Below are positions 1 through 13,049 of a stretch of 64,000 nucleotides of DNA, piece after piece (the first letter of the stretch is position 1; each line of letters starts with the position of its first letter). Origin of the DNA: Lytechinus pictus (lineage: Eukaryota); the NCBI RefSeq assembly GCF_037042905.1, contig NC_087252.1:19344001-19408000 (forward strand). The letters run 5' to 3'. The notes beneath the pieces were generated by a model. That model had not been told where the DNA came from, did no database searches, and saw nothing but the letters and a program-made list of their open reading frames with translations. Position numbers and translations under genes: made by a program.

Positions 1-11
1 TTACCTGGGGA
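1..11 (-). CDS. SDHC: SDHC exon 4, start only (S-P-Q-V...), continues beyond the window
   Basis: CTGCAG acceptor at 12-17, in frame with exon 3 (IY-S-PQV). Confidence 0.7.
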
Positions 12-202
12 CTGCAGATATAAACAAACAACAGGAAACAGGCAATGGCTAATTGTGTATGAAATCACATTTCAGTAATTTTTTTAATTCATTTTCTTAA
101 TTCTAAATTTTTTAACCAAATTATTTTATGTTTTAAGTGAAATCTTTTATTTTATATATTTATTCATTATTTTATAATTTTATTTATAGAATGATGAATT
201 AC

Positions 203-301
203 CTGTATATGGTGAGATGAGGAGACATGGGTCGGTTCAGTTGCTTGTTCTTCTCCCAAAAGTTATCTTGCTCCTGTTTGGCTGTCATTGCCATGGTAAC
301 C
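203..301 (-). CDS. SDHC: SDHC exon 3 (VTMAMTAKQEQDNFWEKNKQLNRPMSPHLTIY)
   Basis: Hallmark FW.KN...NRP.SPH.TIY motif of SDHC, with canonical AG/GT boundaries. Confidence 0.93.
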
Positions 302-892
302 CTGCATTTCAGACATAACAAGATCATGAAACACATGTAACAAGAATAATTGTAATAATAATACTTTGTTGTAATCAAAAGGTGGCAGACTCAGCCTCTT
401 GCAAAATGATAACATATACGGAAGAATTATATATCAATAAATAAACATTGCCCGAAACACATATAACTGGATTGTAAGCCAGGAAATCAAACATTCCTTA
501 TTAATAATAAACAAATGAATTAGTGATTCAGAGAGGAAAACACACATAATATCACATCAATTTAAGAAATGTAGGCCCTCTAACAAAAATTTATCATCCC
601 CCATAAAGGTTAATCAATTTTAACAATATTAAGCCGCAATATAGGCCTTTGATGTACATTATAAAATGAAAGAAAAGGAGCAAATTGCATATATATGGAC
701 ATTACCTAGTCTATATCTGCATATTTTTTACTTCTTTTTTTTTGGGGTCTGCATAGGCCTGCAACATTCGAAAAACAGGTGCAGAAGAAAAGAAACAATC
801 ACAGTGATTTTACAACTAAAAAGCCTGTGAAAGCCTTGAAAATTAACCAAATATTTAGGGCTCTCCCGAAGCAGAGTTGTTTTGTTGCCTAC

Positions 893-949
893 CTGCTTGT
901 CATCATGGGTTGCAGCCTGGCAAGAAGCTGATGATTCCTGCATACTCCC
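893..949 (-). CDS. SDHC: SDHC exon 2 (mitochondrial presequence GVCRNHQLLARLQPMMTSR)
   Basis: Polypyrimidine tract + CAG acceptor, 57 nt, phase 2/2, GTAGG donor. Keeps frame between exons 1 and 3. Confidence 0.85.
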
Positions 950-1004
950 CTGATGAAAAAGAGAAGAAATATTAAGAAAAGGGAGAAAATAAGATGAGTC
1001 AATA

Positions 1005-1623
1005 TCAAAGGTCAAGTCCATCCCAGAAAAATGTTGATTTGAATAAATAGAGAAAAATCAAACCAGCATAATGCTGAAAATTTGATCAAAATCGGATGTA
1101 AAATAAGAAAAGTTATGGCATTTTAAAGCTTGGCTTATTTTTCACAAAACAGTTATATGCACAACTTAATGACATGAAAATGAGAGTCAATGATGTCCAT
1201 CACTCACTATTTCTTTTGTTTTTTATTGTCTGAATTATACAATTTTTCATTTTTTACAGAATTGACAACAAGGGCCAACTTGACTGACCCATATAGTATT
1301 AAAATAATGTTAATTCCACATGTTCAGGGAAGAATTAATCTTTGTTTCACTTGACAATAAAGTGAAAATTAGAATATTCAGTATTTCATATAATGAAATA
1401 CAAAAGAAATAGTGAGTGGATGATGTCATCGGTCTCCTCATTTGCATACCAACAAGGCAACAAGGATGTGCATAAAACTGTTTTGTGAAATTAAGCGAAA
1501 CTTTAAAATATCATAACTTTCTTATTTTACATCTGATTTTGATGAAATTTTCAGTGCTATGCTCGTTGGATTTTTCTCTTTTTATTCAAATCTACTTTTT
1601 GTTAGGGTGGACTTGTCCTTTAA
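1005..1623. mobile_element. Palindromic MITE with TTAA-like ends (piggyBac/Kolobok-type non-autonomous)
   Basis: Ends AAAGGTCAAGTCCA...TGGACTTGTCCTTT with long imperfect inverted arms. Same family as 7811-9372. Confidence 0.75.
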
Positions 1624-2793
1624 TAATTCATAATCGATTTACTGTCTGAGGCAAGACTTTTCCACCCACTATCAATCATTAAACTGCCCTACATGTGAGT
1701 CTTGAATATAACATAGGATTTCAAATAAATTCCCCTTTGTATTTTCACAGGTATTTCTATGTGTCGGCATTACATGTATGCATCTTAACGTTATTGCATT
1801 GTATTTATATTATACCGGTAATCATTTAGAGTCATACCTTTGTTAATGTTCTATTAATATATTATCACTTGAGATGAAAAGCAAACCCGAAGTAGGAGAG
1901 AATTAGTAGCAGAGGAGGAAATAAACATTCTTTACCATCAATTTAATACATTGGCCTTAAAATTTCATGAACTATTTTTTTCTTTATTGCAATGATATTT
2001 TAGAACTTTTCTGCATTTTTGACTCGTTGATGAAAAGTTGAGAAGAACACAATATGGAATATTTATAGTTCAGTATTTGTGAGACAGAAAATATAAGATG
2101 CAAGTGCAATGCAAAAATAAATTAAAAGCACTGACTGTTTTAACAACTTCTGACTTCCCTTCAAACTGACAAGTGACAACATAACAAATTACAATTCAGC
2201 TAAAATATCAAAGTAAATATTGGAATTTAATTCTACTTTTATAGACTGCTCTGTCCTTGACATGCTATATAATAAAGGACATTCTATCAGGGGAATATTA
2301 ATAATTTAGTTTGAATTATAAACGTACATAATATACATGTATTTACCTGTTTGGTCATAAAATTTATATTGAGATTACGTTTCACATACTTTATAAGCAC
2401 AAACACACATCTGACAATCTGCCAGAAATAAAGTGTGCAAATATCTGAACGAAGTCCAGTTGGTTTCAAATAAAATAATTTTACTACAGTAGGCCTACTG
2501 GCATGTACAATACTGTTTACAAAGGTAAACAACAGGGTTCCCAGCTTTTCAAGAAAAAAAAATTTCCAGATTAAAGAAGAAACAATTTACCGGAATGTAA
2601 TTTATCTTTGAAAAATATAATTTATGTTGGGTGTTGATTGTGTCATAATTTCCCTTTTTAGATCTAAATGGATGGCCTGGTTTGAGCACAGTGCGCAAGT
2701 GTAAATTGATGACAATCTATTCATGAATTCACCATGCATAAATTATCTCAGCATAAAACAGACAAGAAAGACTCGAACTGGGATCAAAATAAA

Positions 2794-4198
2794 GCTAAGC
2801 TTGTAACCGATTTTGCAATCGGCAACCGATTCCGTTCGATTTCACCACAATCGGCGATCACTTGCCGATCTTCGATCATGCCCCTTGAAGGAAAAAATCG
2901 AAAATAAAAAATCGGCGTAGATCTAGTTACAGTGCGTGATCGTTCAGAAGATATTTCAAGATTGTTTTTGAGGTGCTAGCTATTTAGAGGTCGCATTATT
3001 CAGGGAGAAAGACGCGGTATCATCTCTGACGATGTTTAAGAGGATAGATATTTTCTCTTCCAACTCATGGTGATAGCGGATGCCGCCGTGAAATTTTTAA
3101 AGGTCGTATTACTGATGGAGATCACTGCGCTACTCTCTTACATCGTTTATGATGATAGACATCTTCTCTTCAACCTCGTGGTGATAGCGTACCCCGCTGT
3201 AAATTTTTAAAAGTCGTATTATCGACGGAGCTCATTGTGTTACTCTCTTACATCGTTTATGAAGATATACATTCTATTTTCAACCTCGTGGTGATAGCGG
3301 ACCCCGCCGTATACTTTTAAAGATCGTGCTACTGACGGAGCTCATTGCGTTACTCTCTTACATCGTTTATGATGATAATTGATATACATTTTATTTTCAA
3401 CCTCGTGGTGATAGCGGACGCCGCCGTGAACTTTAAAGGTCGTATTACCGATGGGCATCACTGCGCTACTCTCTTACCTCTTTTATGATGATAGACATCT
3501 TCTCTTCAACCTCGTGGTGATAGCGGACCCCGCCGTATACTTTTAAAGATCGTGCTACTGACAGAGCTCATTGCGTTACTCTCTTAGATTGTTTATGATG
3601 ATATACATCTTCTCAACCTCAATTTATTTGTCTTTGCAACTTCGTCGGGAGATGCTTCTTTTATATTTCTTCTTAGATATCAAAAGTTCATTTCTCAAGA
3701 TAGGTGCGTGCTTGCGTCTTCTACTACATTTTAATTGCACTTGCGACTTTAAGATGATGCGTCGTACGAGATCAAGAGATCATTCCAATAATTCTAAATA
3801 GCTAGCACCTAAAAATACTTATAAAAGATGTCCCGCCGATCGTTCATTAACCTGTGATCTTTGAGAAATATTTTCATTTTCTTTTCCTTTGCGCCTTTGC
3901 TCGGAAGATGCGTCTTTCGTTTATCTTTCTAACAAAAATCACTCGGTTTATTTTAAAGCAATAACACCTCAAAACCCCTTTAAAACATGTTCCAAACGAT
4001 CGCGCATTTTGGCGACTTCCATTCCTATGCATTCGTCTTTGTGACTTTGTCAGGAAGATGCGCGAGACCGCAAACAAAATTTTCATGTAGGGGCCTATTC
4101 CTTTGTTTTTAAAACATCGCCGATTCGATTTTGATTTTAGAAGCTTAACTGCCGATCCGATTTTCGATCTGATTTTTGATCCGATTTACAACATTAGT
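2794..4198. mobile_element. Probable non-autonomous DNA element carrying an internal tandem array
   Basis: Imperfect outer inverted ends (CTAA..TTGTAA.CGAT) and a perfect inner 18-bp inverted repeat AGGTGCTAGCTATTTAGA (2971-2988 / 3793-3810). Confidence 0.45.
3000..3620. repeat. Tandem array of about 110-bp units (5-6 copies)
   Basis: CAACCTCGTGGTGATAGCG(G) recurs at about 3061, 3172, 3281, 3398, 3507 and partially at 3613. Confidence 0.9.
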
Positions 4199-5749
4199 TC
4201 AAATTAATGCCTAATGGCGGATAGGCATCATAAATAATATATTCATAATTACACAATAGGTTTAAGAATTAAGGGGTTTCAAACTTTAATTTGTGAGAAT
4301 TTTAATAATCATGTTAATTCAAGTAGGCCTACGGTAAGTAGATCTAGTAGTTAATTTAGACATAACTGTTCATTTTTATGACTGTGTGTACCAAAAGAAC
4401 AGGCCATATTTCTTTCCTTCACACTGTCATTTTTTCGATGCACTCATTTTACAAAATCTGTACCGGCTCTCGTCGATGACATAAATCGAACAACACCAAA
4501 TTTAATGATTCGATTCAGGCTAAAAAATAGCTTATTCTTTCTCCTTCTACTTATATCTCATTTCATCCATATTACACTTCTTCTTATCACCGACTTGAAT
4601 TAGATCTGTCTCAGAATTAGATCTAAAATGTGTTATCTTAGTCTTACTTTAAACCTACATGCACTCTAGGCGACACCCCAATACTTACCCGTGCTAATAA
4701 AGTGGGACTCCGCTCACGCGCGTTTGGGCCTCCCTAGCTTAGAACTAAGCAATATTATCTAGAAATCGTTACATTGTAGTAATTAAATATGTTCTATTAA
4801 ATAAATTGATAATGTTTAATCGGTACTCACCGGTTCTTTTGTTGCATTTTCAGACCATTTCTCACAATTCTTCGTAAATATTTGCGGCAAATTTTGTCGC
4901 CATAGACAGCTTAGCATCCATCTTTATTGATAAATGGAGCGCCCTTTACGATAGTTGTTAATGCCGCGGAGAAATCGTTAGGCATTTTGGCCTGTGTTCA
5001 AGGCGTTCTTTCTGTTTTATTTTTAAATAGATTGTGCATTTGTTGAATAGCGCCGTCTACGTCAGGTATGAGATCGAGTGTATAAATACACTCTTCCAAA
5101 ATAATTATGATTCCGACCTGGCGCTGTTTAACTTCAATCTCTTTCACCTAAATTAGCGATGAATGCTAGCATTATAAAATATATATTATTAACGTCTGAC
5201 GAAAAGAATAACCAACCGATCAGCTGACGAGAACGCGAATCACGTGATCTTCATATCAGCTTCGATCGCGAGTCAGAAGAGAAGAGCAGTTGCCCAGAAA
5301 ATCAGGAAAAAGCCGTGAAAATGTAAGTTCCCCTTCATTTCTTTCAATTTTTTTTATTGCTAACAATGTATTCAACTAGTGAGATCGAAATGTAATGATT
5401 AGACAGTACGATATCTTGTAGTTTTGATAAAATACAAAAATAATCATCTTCACAAAGATTTCTGACACAAAATACTACTGATGTCGCCTATGAGGTCCAT
5501 ACATGTAATGTTGGACCTCATTGGTACTAGGAGTGCCTACATGTACGCCTACGGCTACGCCGGCCTACGCTAAAATATGTCAACGTTACACCAAAATCAA
5601 TATGTGGAACCGAGCTGAGAAAGACATCCAGACTACAAAAAACGAAGAAAAAGCAAAGGTTTCACAGAAGAACTGAACTTAGTATGTGAACACGAAACGA
5701 AACACACTCCTAAAATTTAATTTCCATTTAACGTTAAAGCACCACTTAC

Positions 5750-5766
5750 CTTAAAAGAAGCGCCAT
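5750..5766 (-). CDS. SDHC: Succinate dehydrogenase cytochrome b560 subunit, coding exon 1 (MALLLR)
   Basis: ATG GCG CTT CTT TTA AG|GTAAGT. Resembles the vertebrate SDHC N-terminus MAALLLR, and the phase-2 intron joins the next exon in frame. Confidence 0.85.
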
Positions 5767-6887
5767 ATCGCTGATTTGTGATAACTTTCTTGGAAGTTGT
5801 GTTTGGTGGACCAAATCTCTACAGCCAGTTTCCCTGGATTGATACTACGCCATCAACGTCAAAAACATTATAAGCCTTCTTCTTTCTCATATCTCGACGC
5901 GACTGATGGCAAACATTTTGCCCTATTAAATTTTTGTTATACTTGATTGACCATTGGGTAAATGCATAAGAAACAAAAACATTAAACTGCAAGGGGTAGA
6001 GTGTATGTGTACTAATAGAATATGAATTATGATAGCATGGAAAATATTTTTTTTCTCAACTTGATCCTCATCCAGACCTTCCTTTTTAAAGGGCCTACTC
6101 CGCCTATATACTTTTCTTCTTCCTTTCTCCCCTTTCTCGTTTTCTCATTTTTCGTCTTTTCTCCTCCTTTTTTTAATACTTATAAGATTTATAGGGGGAG
6201 GTTCCCCCTGCCCCCACCCCGTGGTGTCATCCTTAATGCTTATATTAGTGTCATGGTGCATATTCTCACTCCATCACCTGCCATAACACAGCTCTATATC
6301 AATAGGAAGTAATTTATTTTCATGCCAAAATCCTATGAAAGATGCAGCAGCTTTACCAATCTTATTCATTTCTTTAAAATTCTCACTTTAATCTTCCTTT
6401 CCTGTCTACACCGTCCTCCTCTTCGCAATCTTATTTATTCCACCTGCTCCGCTCTCCGAGTCTCCCTTCAATGACATAATGCTTGCCATCTCACGCTCTC
6501 TCTCTCCGGCCCTCTCACACGCACTCTTCCTTTTCCCTCCTTCTTTCTCTCCCCCTCCTCTCTCTCTCTCTTCTTCCACTCTATCTGTCTCTCTCATCTG
6601 CCTTCCACTTACTCTTTCCTTCTGTCTCTCTGTCACAATCTTTCCTTCCACTCATTCTTTCTCCGTCTCTCTCCCTCCTCAGTCCCATTTCATCCTCTCT
6701 TCCCCTCTGTTTCAACTGCGAATACATATTAACCCATTGCCTACTGGAACCACACAATCCCTTTACAAAGCCTGTATGAATCACAGAATTCAGTGGTCAA
6801 CAGGTTAAACACACAAGATAATTGCACCACTGAGGCTGTTATAGAACCCATCATCTCCCATAAACTGTATCCCTACCCCCCCCCTGA

Positions 6888-7210
6888 CGAGTCACAACTG
6901 ATACAGGGGACGTCTCCCCCCACCCCCCTTTTGAGAAGCCAAATTAATAATTTGCAATGTAAAAATGCAATAAAAACAGACGTGTACCCCCTCTTTTGAA
7001 CCTGAAGACCCTTTTTTTTTTTTTTTGCTTGTCAAATTTTTTTCTGGTAAGGAATCCTTTTTTTTGGTTGAAGACCTTTTTTTTTTTTTTGCTTGTCAAA
7101 TTTTTTCTGGTAAGGAATCCTTTTTTTTGGTTGAAGACCTTTTTTTTTTTCGCGGACGAAATATCCTCCAAAAAATTTGCCCTTCTTCTGGAAAATCCTA
7201 GGTATGCTGA
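6888..7210. mobile_element. Short interspersed MITE-like repeat (same family as 13050-13366)
   Basis: Shares CCCCCCTGACGAG, GAAGACC(T)nGCTTGTCAAA and GGAAAATCCTAGGTA blocks with 13050-13366. Confidence 0.7.
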
Positions 7211-7810
7211 CTACATTGTACTTTGGACATGTCCTGACCTATGGAATAAATTTACATAAGAAAGATATGAGGAGAACTAACATCCACATAGATATCTAAT
7301 AGTGATTTTTAATCAATAACAATTTTATTTTACATATTAACAAATAAAAATTAGTATTTACAATACTGACAATATTTACAAAATCCAAAATATTTTGTAC
7401 AGTATCAACAAGTACCAGTATGTACAAAACTGTATAGGTAAAAAATACAGAATGTTACTACTTCCTTTTTGGACTAACAAGCCTTCAAAATAACAAATGT
7501 TATTTTTGCGGTACACCTTGTGTAACACATGGCGTTATGTAGAGTAAACCTCTTCCTCAATTGTTTCATACCACATGCAATCCTTCAAACATCATCCAAA
7601 TCTTATTAGTTTCCAGAGTAATTGAACCTTTGGAATAATTGGCTGTAACCGGAAAATTACATGACTATGCGGCATATCTTTCTAATACATGGACTGGGCC
7701 CTGTAAAATAAAACTTTACGATTGATCGGGAGGCTAAGTTTGACAATAAATCATAAACAATCAGTTTATTAAATTGTAGAAACCAGCCCCCCCCCCCCCC
7801 CGAACAATTG

Positions 7811-9372
7811 TTAAAGGACAAGTCCACCCAAACAAAGAGTTGATTTGAAGTAGAATAGAACAAGTGGAATGCCTCTGGCCGTCTCACCTGCATCACGCGA
7901 TTCAATATAGCAGCAGTGCTGATTTTGAAAACTACTATAACTCGCACAAGATGTTCAGTGATACTTGGTTACTCTTATTTCCACGTTTTATGAACTAGAC
8001 CAATACACTCATAGAGATATGATGGCAATTCAACAAATACCCCCAACGTGGCCAAAGTTCTTTGACCTTACATGATCTTTGACCTTGATCATGTGACCTG
8101 AAACTCGCACAGGATGTTTAGTGATACTCGATTACTATTATGTCCAAGTTTTATGAACTAGACCAACACACTTTCAAATTTATGGCTGTAATTCAACAAA
8201 TACCCCAATTTGGCCAAAGTTCATTGACCCTAAATGACCTTTGACCTTGATCATGTGACCTGAAACTTGCACAGGATGTTCAGTAATACTTGATTACTAT
8301 TATGTCCAAGTTTCATGAATCAGATCCATAAACTTTCAAAGTTATGATGGTAATTCAACAGATACCCCCAATTCGGCCAAAGTTCATTGACCCTAAATGA
8401 CCTTTGACCTTGGTCATGTGATGTGAAACTCAAGCAGGATGTTCAGTGATACTTGATTAACCTTATGTATAAGTTTCATGAACTAGGTCCATATATTTTC
8501 TAAGTTATGATGACATTTCAAAAACTTAACCTTAGGTTAAGATTTTGATGTTGATTCCCCCAACATGGTCTAAGTTCATTGACCCTAAATGACCTTTGAC
8601 CTTGGTCATGTGACATGAAACTCAGGCAGGATGTTCAGTAATACTTGATTAACCTTATGGCCAAGTTTCATGAACTAGGTCCATATACTTTCTAAGTTAT
8701 GCTGTCATTTCAAAAACTTAACCTCAGGTTAAGATTTGGTGTTGACGCCGCCGTCGCCGTCGCCGCCGCCGCCGTCGCCGTCGGAAAAGCGGCGCCTATA
8801 GTCTCACTCTGCTATGCAGGTGAGACAAAAATACAACTGGCATAACATTGAAAATTTCATCAAAATCTGAAGTATAATAAGTTATGACATTAAAAAAAAA
8901 AAAATAGTGTTACATTGTATATTCACAATACATCCAGGTGGTATGTAAACGAGGGGGCTGATAAAATCACCTACTCACTATTTAATTTGCATTTCATTAT
9001 ATGAGACATGAAATATTATAATTTTCTCTTCCTTTGCATGTAAAAAGAAGTTTTATTCCTCGCTGAACATGTGGAATTACCATCGTTTTAACATTTCATG
9101 GTTAAGTCAAGTTTGTCATTTTTCTCAAATTTGTAAAAATTGTAAATATTGTATTATTCAAACAATGCAAAACTAAAGAAATAGTGAGGGAGGGGCATCA
9201 TCGACTGTCTCATTTGCATATCACCGAGTTGTGCATATAACTGCTTTGTGAAAAATAAGCGACTTTAAAATGTCATAACTTTCTTATGTTACATCTGATT
9301 TTGATGAAATTTTCAGCGTTATGCTTGTCAGAATTCAAATCAACATTTTTTGGGAGGTGGACTTGACCTTTA
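7811..9372. mobile_element. TTAA-type MITE interrupted by a Helentron-like element
   Basis: Ends TTAAAGGACAAGTCCACC...GGTGGACTTGACCTTTA. Internal sequence matches 1005-1623. Confidence 0.7.
7859..8830 (-). mobile_element. Helentron-associated (HINE/DINE-1-like) non-autonomous element with about 170-180-bp internal tandem repeats
   Basis: Subterminal inverted repeat GTCTCACCTGCAT / ATGCAGGTGAGAC, a (GCC/GTC)n microsatellite near one end, about 5 tandem units (GGATGTTCAGT.ATACTTGATTA), T-run ends. Confidence 0.7.
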
Positions 9373-9422
9373 CGTTTCACGTCACGGGAAGCAGGAATGT
9401 CAACATGCTGTCACTTTAAAAG

Positions 9423-9563
9423 CTAAAATCTTTTGCTCTTGATGGGTTTGGCGTGTATAGGCTCTGTCCAATGCAGTGAAAACATGAAGATGAGAGAGAG
9501 GAAGGCAAACAGTCCAAATAACGTCAACATCAATACACGTGGGATGAACGTCTGATCTGTGAT
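9423..9563 (-). CDS. TMEM218: TMEM218 coding exon 3 (ITDQTFIPRV...HWTEPIHAKPIKSKRF*)
   Basis: Third TM helix and the conserved EPI.AKP tail. The three exons give 114 aa in total. Confidence 0.9.
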   Translation of the reverse strand: MTDQTFIPRVLMLTLFGLFAFLSLIFMFSLHWTEPIHAKPIKSKRF

Positions 9564-10950
9564 CTGGAGAGAGAATGGGATAGAAAGAGAGAGAGAGAAA
9601 GATAATTAGCTGAAAGCCGAGAGCGAGCAGTAGCAGCAAAAAAAAACAACTTCATGACAAAGTCTTTAAAACCAAGGTTAACTGTCATATCCGTCATAAT
9701 CCGAGCCGTAAATAGTTTTAAAACTGGTTACGGCTTCATGGGCATGGCCTATAAAGTCAATCGCACTGAGATCTTGTAACAGAGCATGCCCGCGCACACA
9801 CAGTGAGCAATTAACATTATCAAATTTCATTAATTATTTCACACTTGAAGACTGGGATTATTTACTATATTCAGTTACATTTTTTATCTGTTATACTGAA
9901 TGATACCGATGACGGATATAAACCAAATATATATACGGCCTGCGGTCAGAGGTGTGGTGAAACTATGGTCCCTCAGTGACGCAAATGCGACTATTTTCCT
10001 TTGGGGCTGCATCCCTCAGGAAAACAGTCGCATTTCGGCGTCACTTCGGGAACCATACAATGTAGTTCCAACCACCTCCTCTGGCGGCTGTAAATATTCG
10101 TTCACTCTATCATCGGGATCTAAACCTTTGTGAAATCTAAGCTGCATACGATCACACTGAAGATCACCCAAACAGATAAGCACATATGTGGACAGGGTCT
10201 TTTTTTTCATTTGGAAAAAGACCTGGGGAGCATTTTATCAACACTTTTGTCAGACAAGTTGTCAAATCTGACAACTTTCCTTGATTTGGATTGGCTGAGG
10301 ACCACTGTTACTATGCCAACTGTCAATAAAACAGGACTTGTCGGATAAATCGTCCGATAAGTCCTTTCATGCCTATTTTCTCAATTTTTGTACACAGCAC
10401 AAATCAGGATGGTGTTTCATACAGCTAACTGTATAGTTAGTTACGCACGAATATGCACGTATGTTTACCCATAACTAGAACATGTACATTCTCAGGTGCT
10501 CAGCTATACAGGGATATATCATTTAGCAGAAAAAATGGTCACTATTCGAGCATAAAGTTATGCGTAACTTATGAACAGCACTATATGTGATAATAATAAT
10601 AATACATTGTATTTATCATGTTTCTAAGGGCTTTGCAAAAAAAGATTAAGTAAAATACATTAATATAATTGAACATTTAACAAACAAGAATAAAAATGTA
10701 CTGTGTAAAGCATTATCATATTACAAATTTGGTAACGAGCCTACTAAAAGTTGAATACAAAGTAATAATAATAAAAAAAGCAATGAAGTTTATTAATTCA
10801 AGAGCTGGAATACCTACGGTAAACATAATAAATTACAATAAATACAAATTCCATACATTAAATATTTGAATAGAAGCAAAAGCAAAAACAACAATCCCAC
10901 AATTACATCATTATTACAATGAACAAAAAAAATGCACCAACAGCACTCAC

Positions 10951-11050
10951 CTTTATATCTGATGGCTGTGTAAAGGAATCTTCTCTAGGAATAAATACTA
11001 GGATGAGGGTGATTATGATAACAAGAAGTACTATCCCAAAGGCTGCTCCT
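10951..11050 (-). CDS. TMEM218: TMEM218 coding exon 2 (GAAFGIVLLVIIITLILVFIPREDSFTQPSDIK)
   Basis: CAG acceptor, GTGAGT donor, second TM helix ending in ..PR. Confidence 0.9.
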
Positions 11051-11533
11051 CTGACATAGGGAAGAAGAGGGAGAGAAAAGAGAAAGACTGTTAATGAAAG
11101 AAAACAATTGAAAATTTAAAGGTAATATGCCACGGCCATATTGAATTATCTAGTGGTCTGATCTACTAAAACAATACCGGGGGGGGGGGGGGGGGGGGTG
11201 TTTCACAAAGATTTAATCATCATAGATAGTGCAGATGTAGACTGATAAATCCGCTGTTTAGGAGGAGTGTTTCAACATTTTTTTGGTCCTCCTACAAACG
11301 GATGATGGCCATTGCGCTCAGCTTGTAATGGCGGAGCTCCACCAATGCCTCAACTACAGCGTCTATGGAGAAAAGGGTTGCTGGCGCACCCTTATTGATT
11401 ACTCCTAAATTTTTCTTTTTGATGGGGAAAAAAGAAGAAATAATAAAGATAAATTTATATTACCCATAAATACAATCAGCTTACCACCTTTCCGAAAAAT
11501 ATGCCGGAAAATAGCGAATTTTGATGACAAACA

Positions 11534-11686
11534 GATAAGGATCATCCAGGTTCTTCTTCAATCACCGTCAGCTACAGCTGAGCATGCGGACGTGCCAGCG
11601 TATCAGCTGACACGTTTTGTACGCTCAGCTGTAGCTGCACTGACGGCAATTGAGCGCCTGAAGAAGAACCTGGCTGATCCTAATCT
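11534..11686. repeat. Imperfect palindrome of about 150 bp (MITE-like) in TMEM218 intron
   Basis: GGATCA.CCAGGTTCTTCTTCA...CAGCTGAGC mirrored by GCTCAGCTG...TGAAGAAGAACCTGG.TGATCC. Confidence 0.7.
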
Positions 11687-12155
11687 GTTTGGCCGTCATT
11701 GGTCTATTGACGGAGAGGATGGCGCGGAGCCAAACAAAGTCTCAGCGGAGCATATCCCTAACACAAATAGACCCATTTATCGGTCTAGTGCAGATGCTGA
11801 TGCATCATGTTGAGGCGTTAGAATCAGAATTTATGTCGACGGGGGGGGGGGGGGGGGGGGGGTTCTTCTTTTTATTTGGCAACCAGTCAATTTGACTACT
11901 TTGGCCATCATAGATATTTTTCAAGGTTGTTTTCTATAAAAATATAATATAAAGAGAGCGTTGTGTCCTTAATCTCTCTTCACCCTTCACTGTGCAGTCT
12001 TTGACAAAGGTATGACGAAGCTTGTAGCCTCCCAAGTAAAAACTTATCAACCTCCCCCCCAAAAAAGGTAAACTTTCGTGATAGGGAAAAAATAATATTG
12101 TCTTATCTCATCACACCAATGAGATGAACCTGTTCAGTGGTCGAATGAAACTCAC

Positions 12156-12259
12156 CTCAATTTATCTGCTCTGGAGAAGACAGCACAGAGTAGGATGGCA
12201 AGAGCCCAGAGTATCGCTAGCACGAAGAGGCCAGTTCCTACTCCAAATATAAGAGCCAT
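12156..12259 (-). CDS. TMEM218: TMEM218 coding exon 1 (MALIFGVGTGLFVLAILWALAILLCAVFSRADKL)
   Basis: Matches the TMEM218 N-terminal GVG.G.F.LA.LW...LLC...SR pattern; GTGAG donor, phase 2. Confidence 0.9.
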
Positions 12260-13049
12260 GACGGTCAGTGTTTACCAGACATTTCATATATATTTCTGAA
12301 AAAGTGGAAAAAGAAATAGAAAGAAAATAGAAATTATGATAAGAGTGTTTTGTAAGGGTACTAGTATAAAATTGACTGTAACAAATGATGGCTCAGATTT
12401 ATGAATTCAATCATATGAATTCACTCAAAGTGATATTTGTGTGAAATTTTCAAATAACTAATTATTATATTTTTCATTATTCATAAATGATGGATTTACT
12501 TTATTACAGGCAAATAACAATGAAGTACAAATTGCAGTCATTTACAAATAATGGAAGAAGATTGAATAATTTATAAATAATAATAATACAAATTAAGATT
12601 GTAATTATTCATGACTAAAAGAGTATAAATTATTATTATTTTCATATCCTGATAATAAATATCGGTTAAAAATGATTCACAAATAATTTGTATGTTCATA
12701 TGTTTATTGCTATCATTTGTTAAATAATGATCACATACGACGTACATGTAATATATAATTTGGTTTGGCACCGCATGCATAGTATGATTTAAGTAGCCTG
12801 ATGTCACAGAAAATTAAAAACAAAGGGCTACATGTAGGCCAGTGAATTTGTACCAGTTTCAGACTCTATTTTCTACATGATGAAGTTTAAAAGTTATTAA
12901 CTTGTCAGCATTCTTGTGAAATTGAGGACCAGCGAATGGGATTGATTTTGAACTTTTTATTTCAACTGTGTGAACTGGCTCAGTGGTCTTGAAGATCAGG
13001 GAAGTGTGGGGTAGATATATTATAGATTAATAATAATAATAATATAGGG

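Noticed and set aside
4689-4745. SDHC exon 2 candidate
   Set aside because: The required phase contains a stop codon; 893-949 fits phase and content instead.
6400-6810. Overlapping ORFs rich in S/L/P or E/R (also 56709-57052)
   Set aside because: Translations of CT-rich low-complexity tracts.
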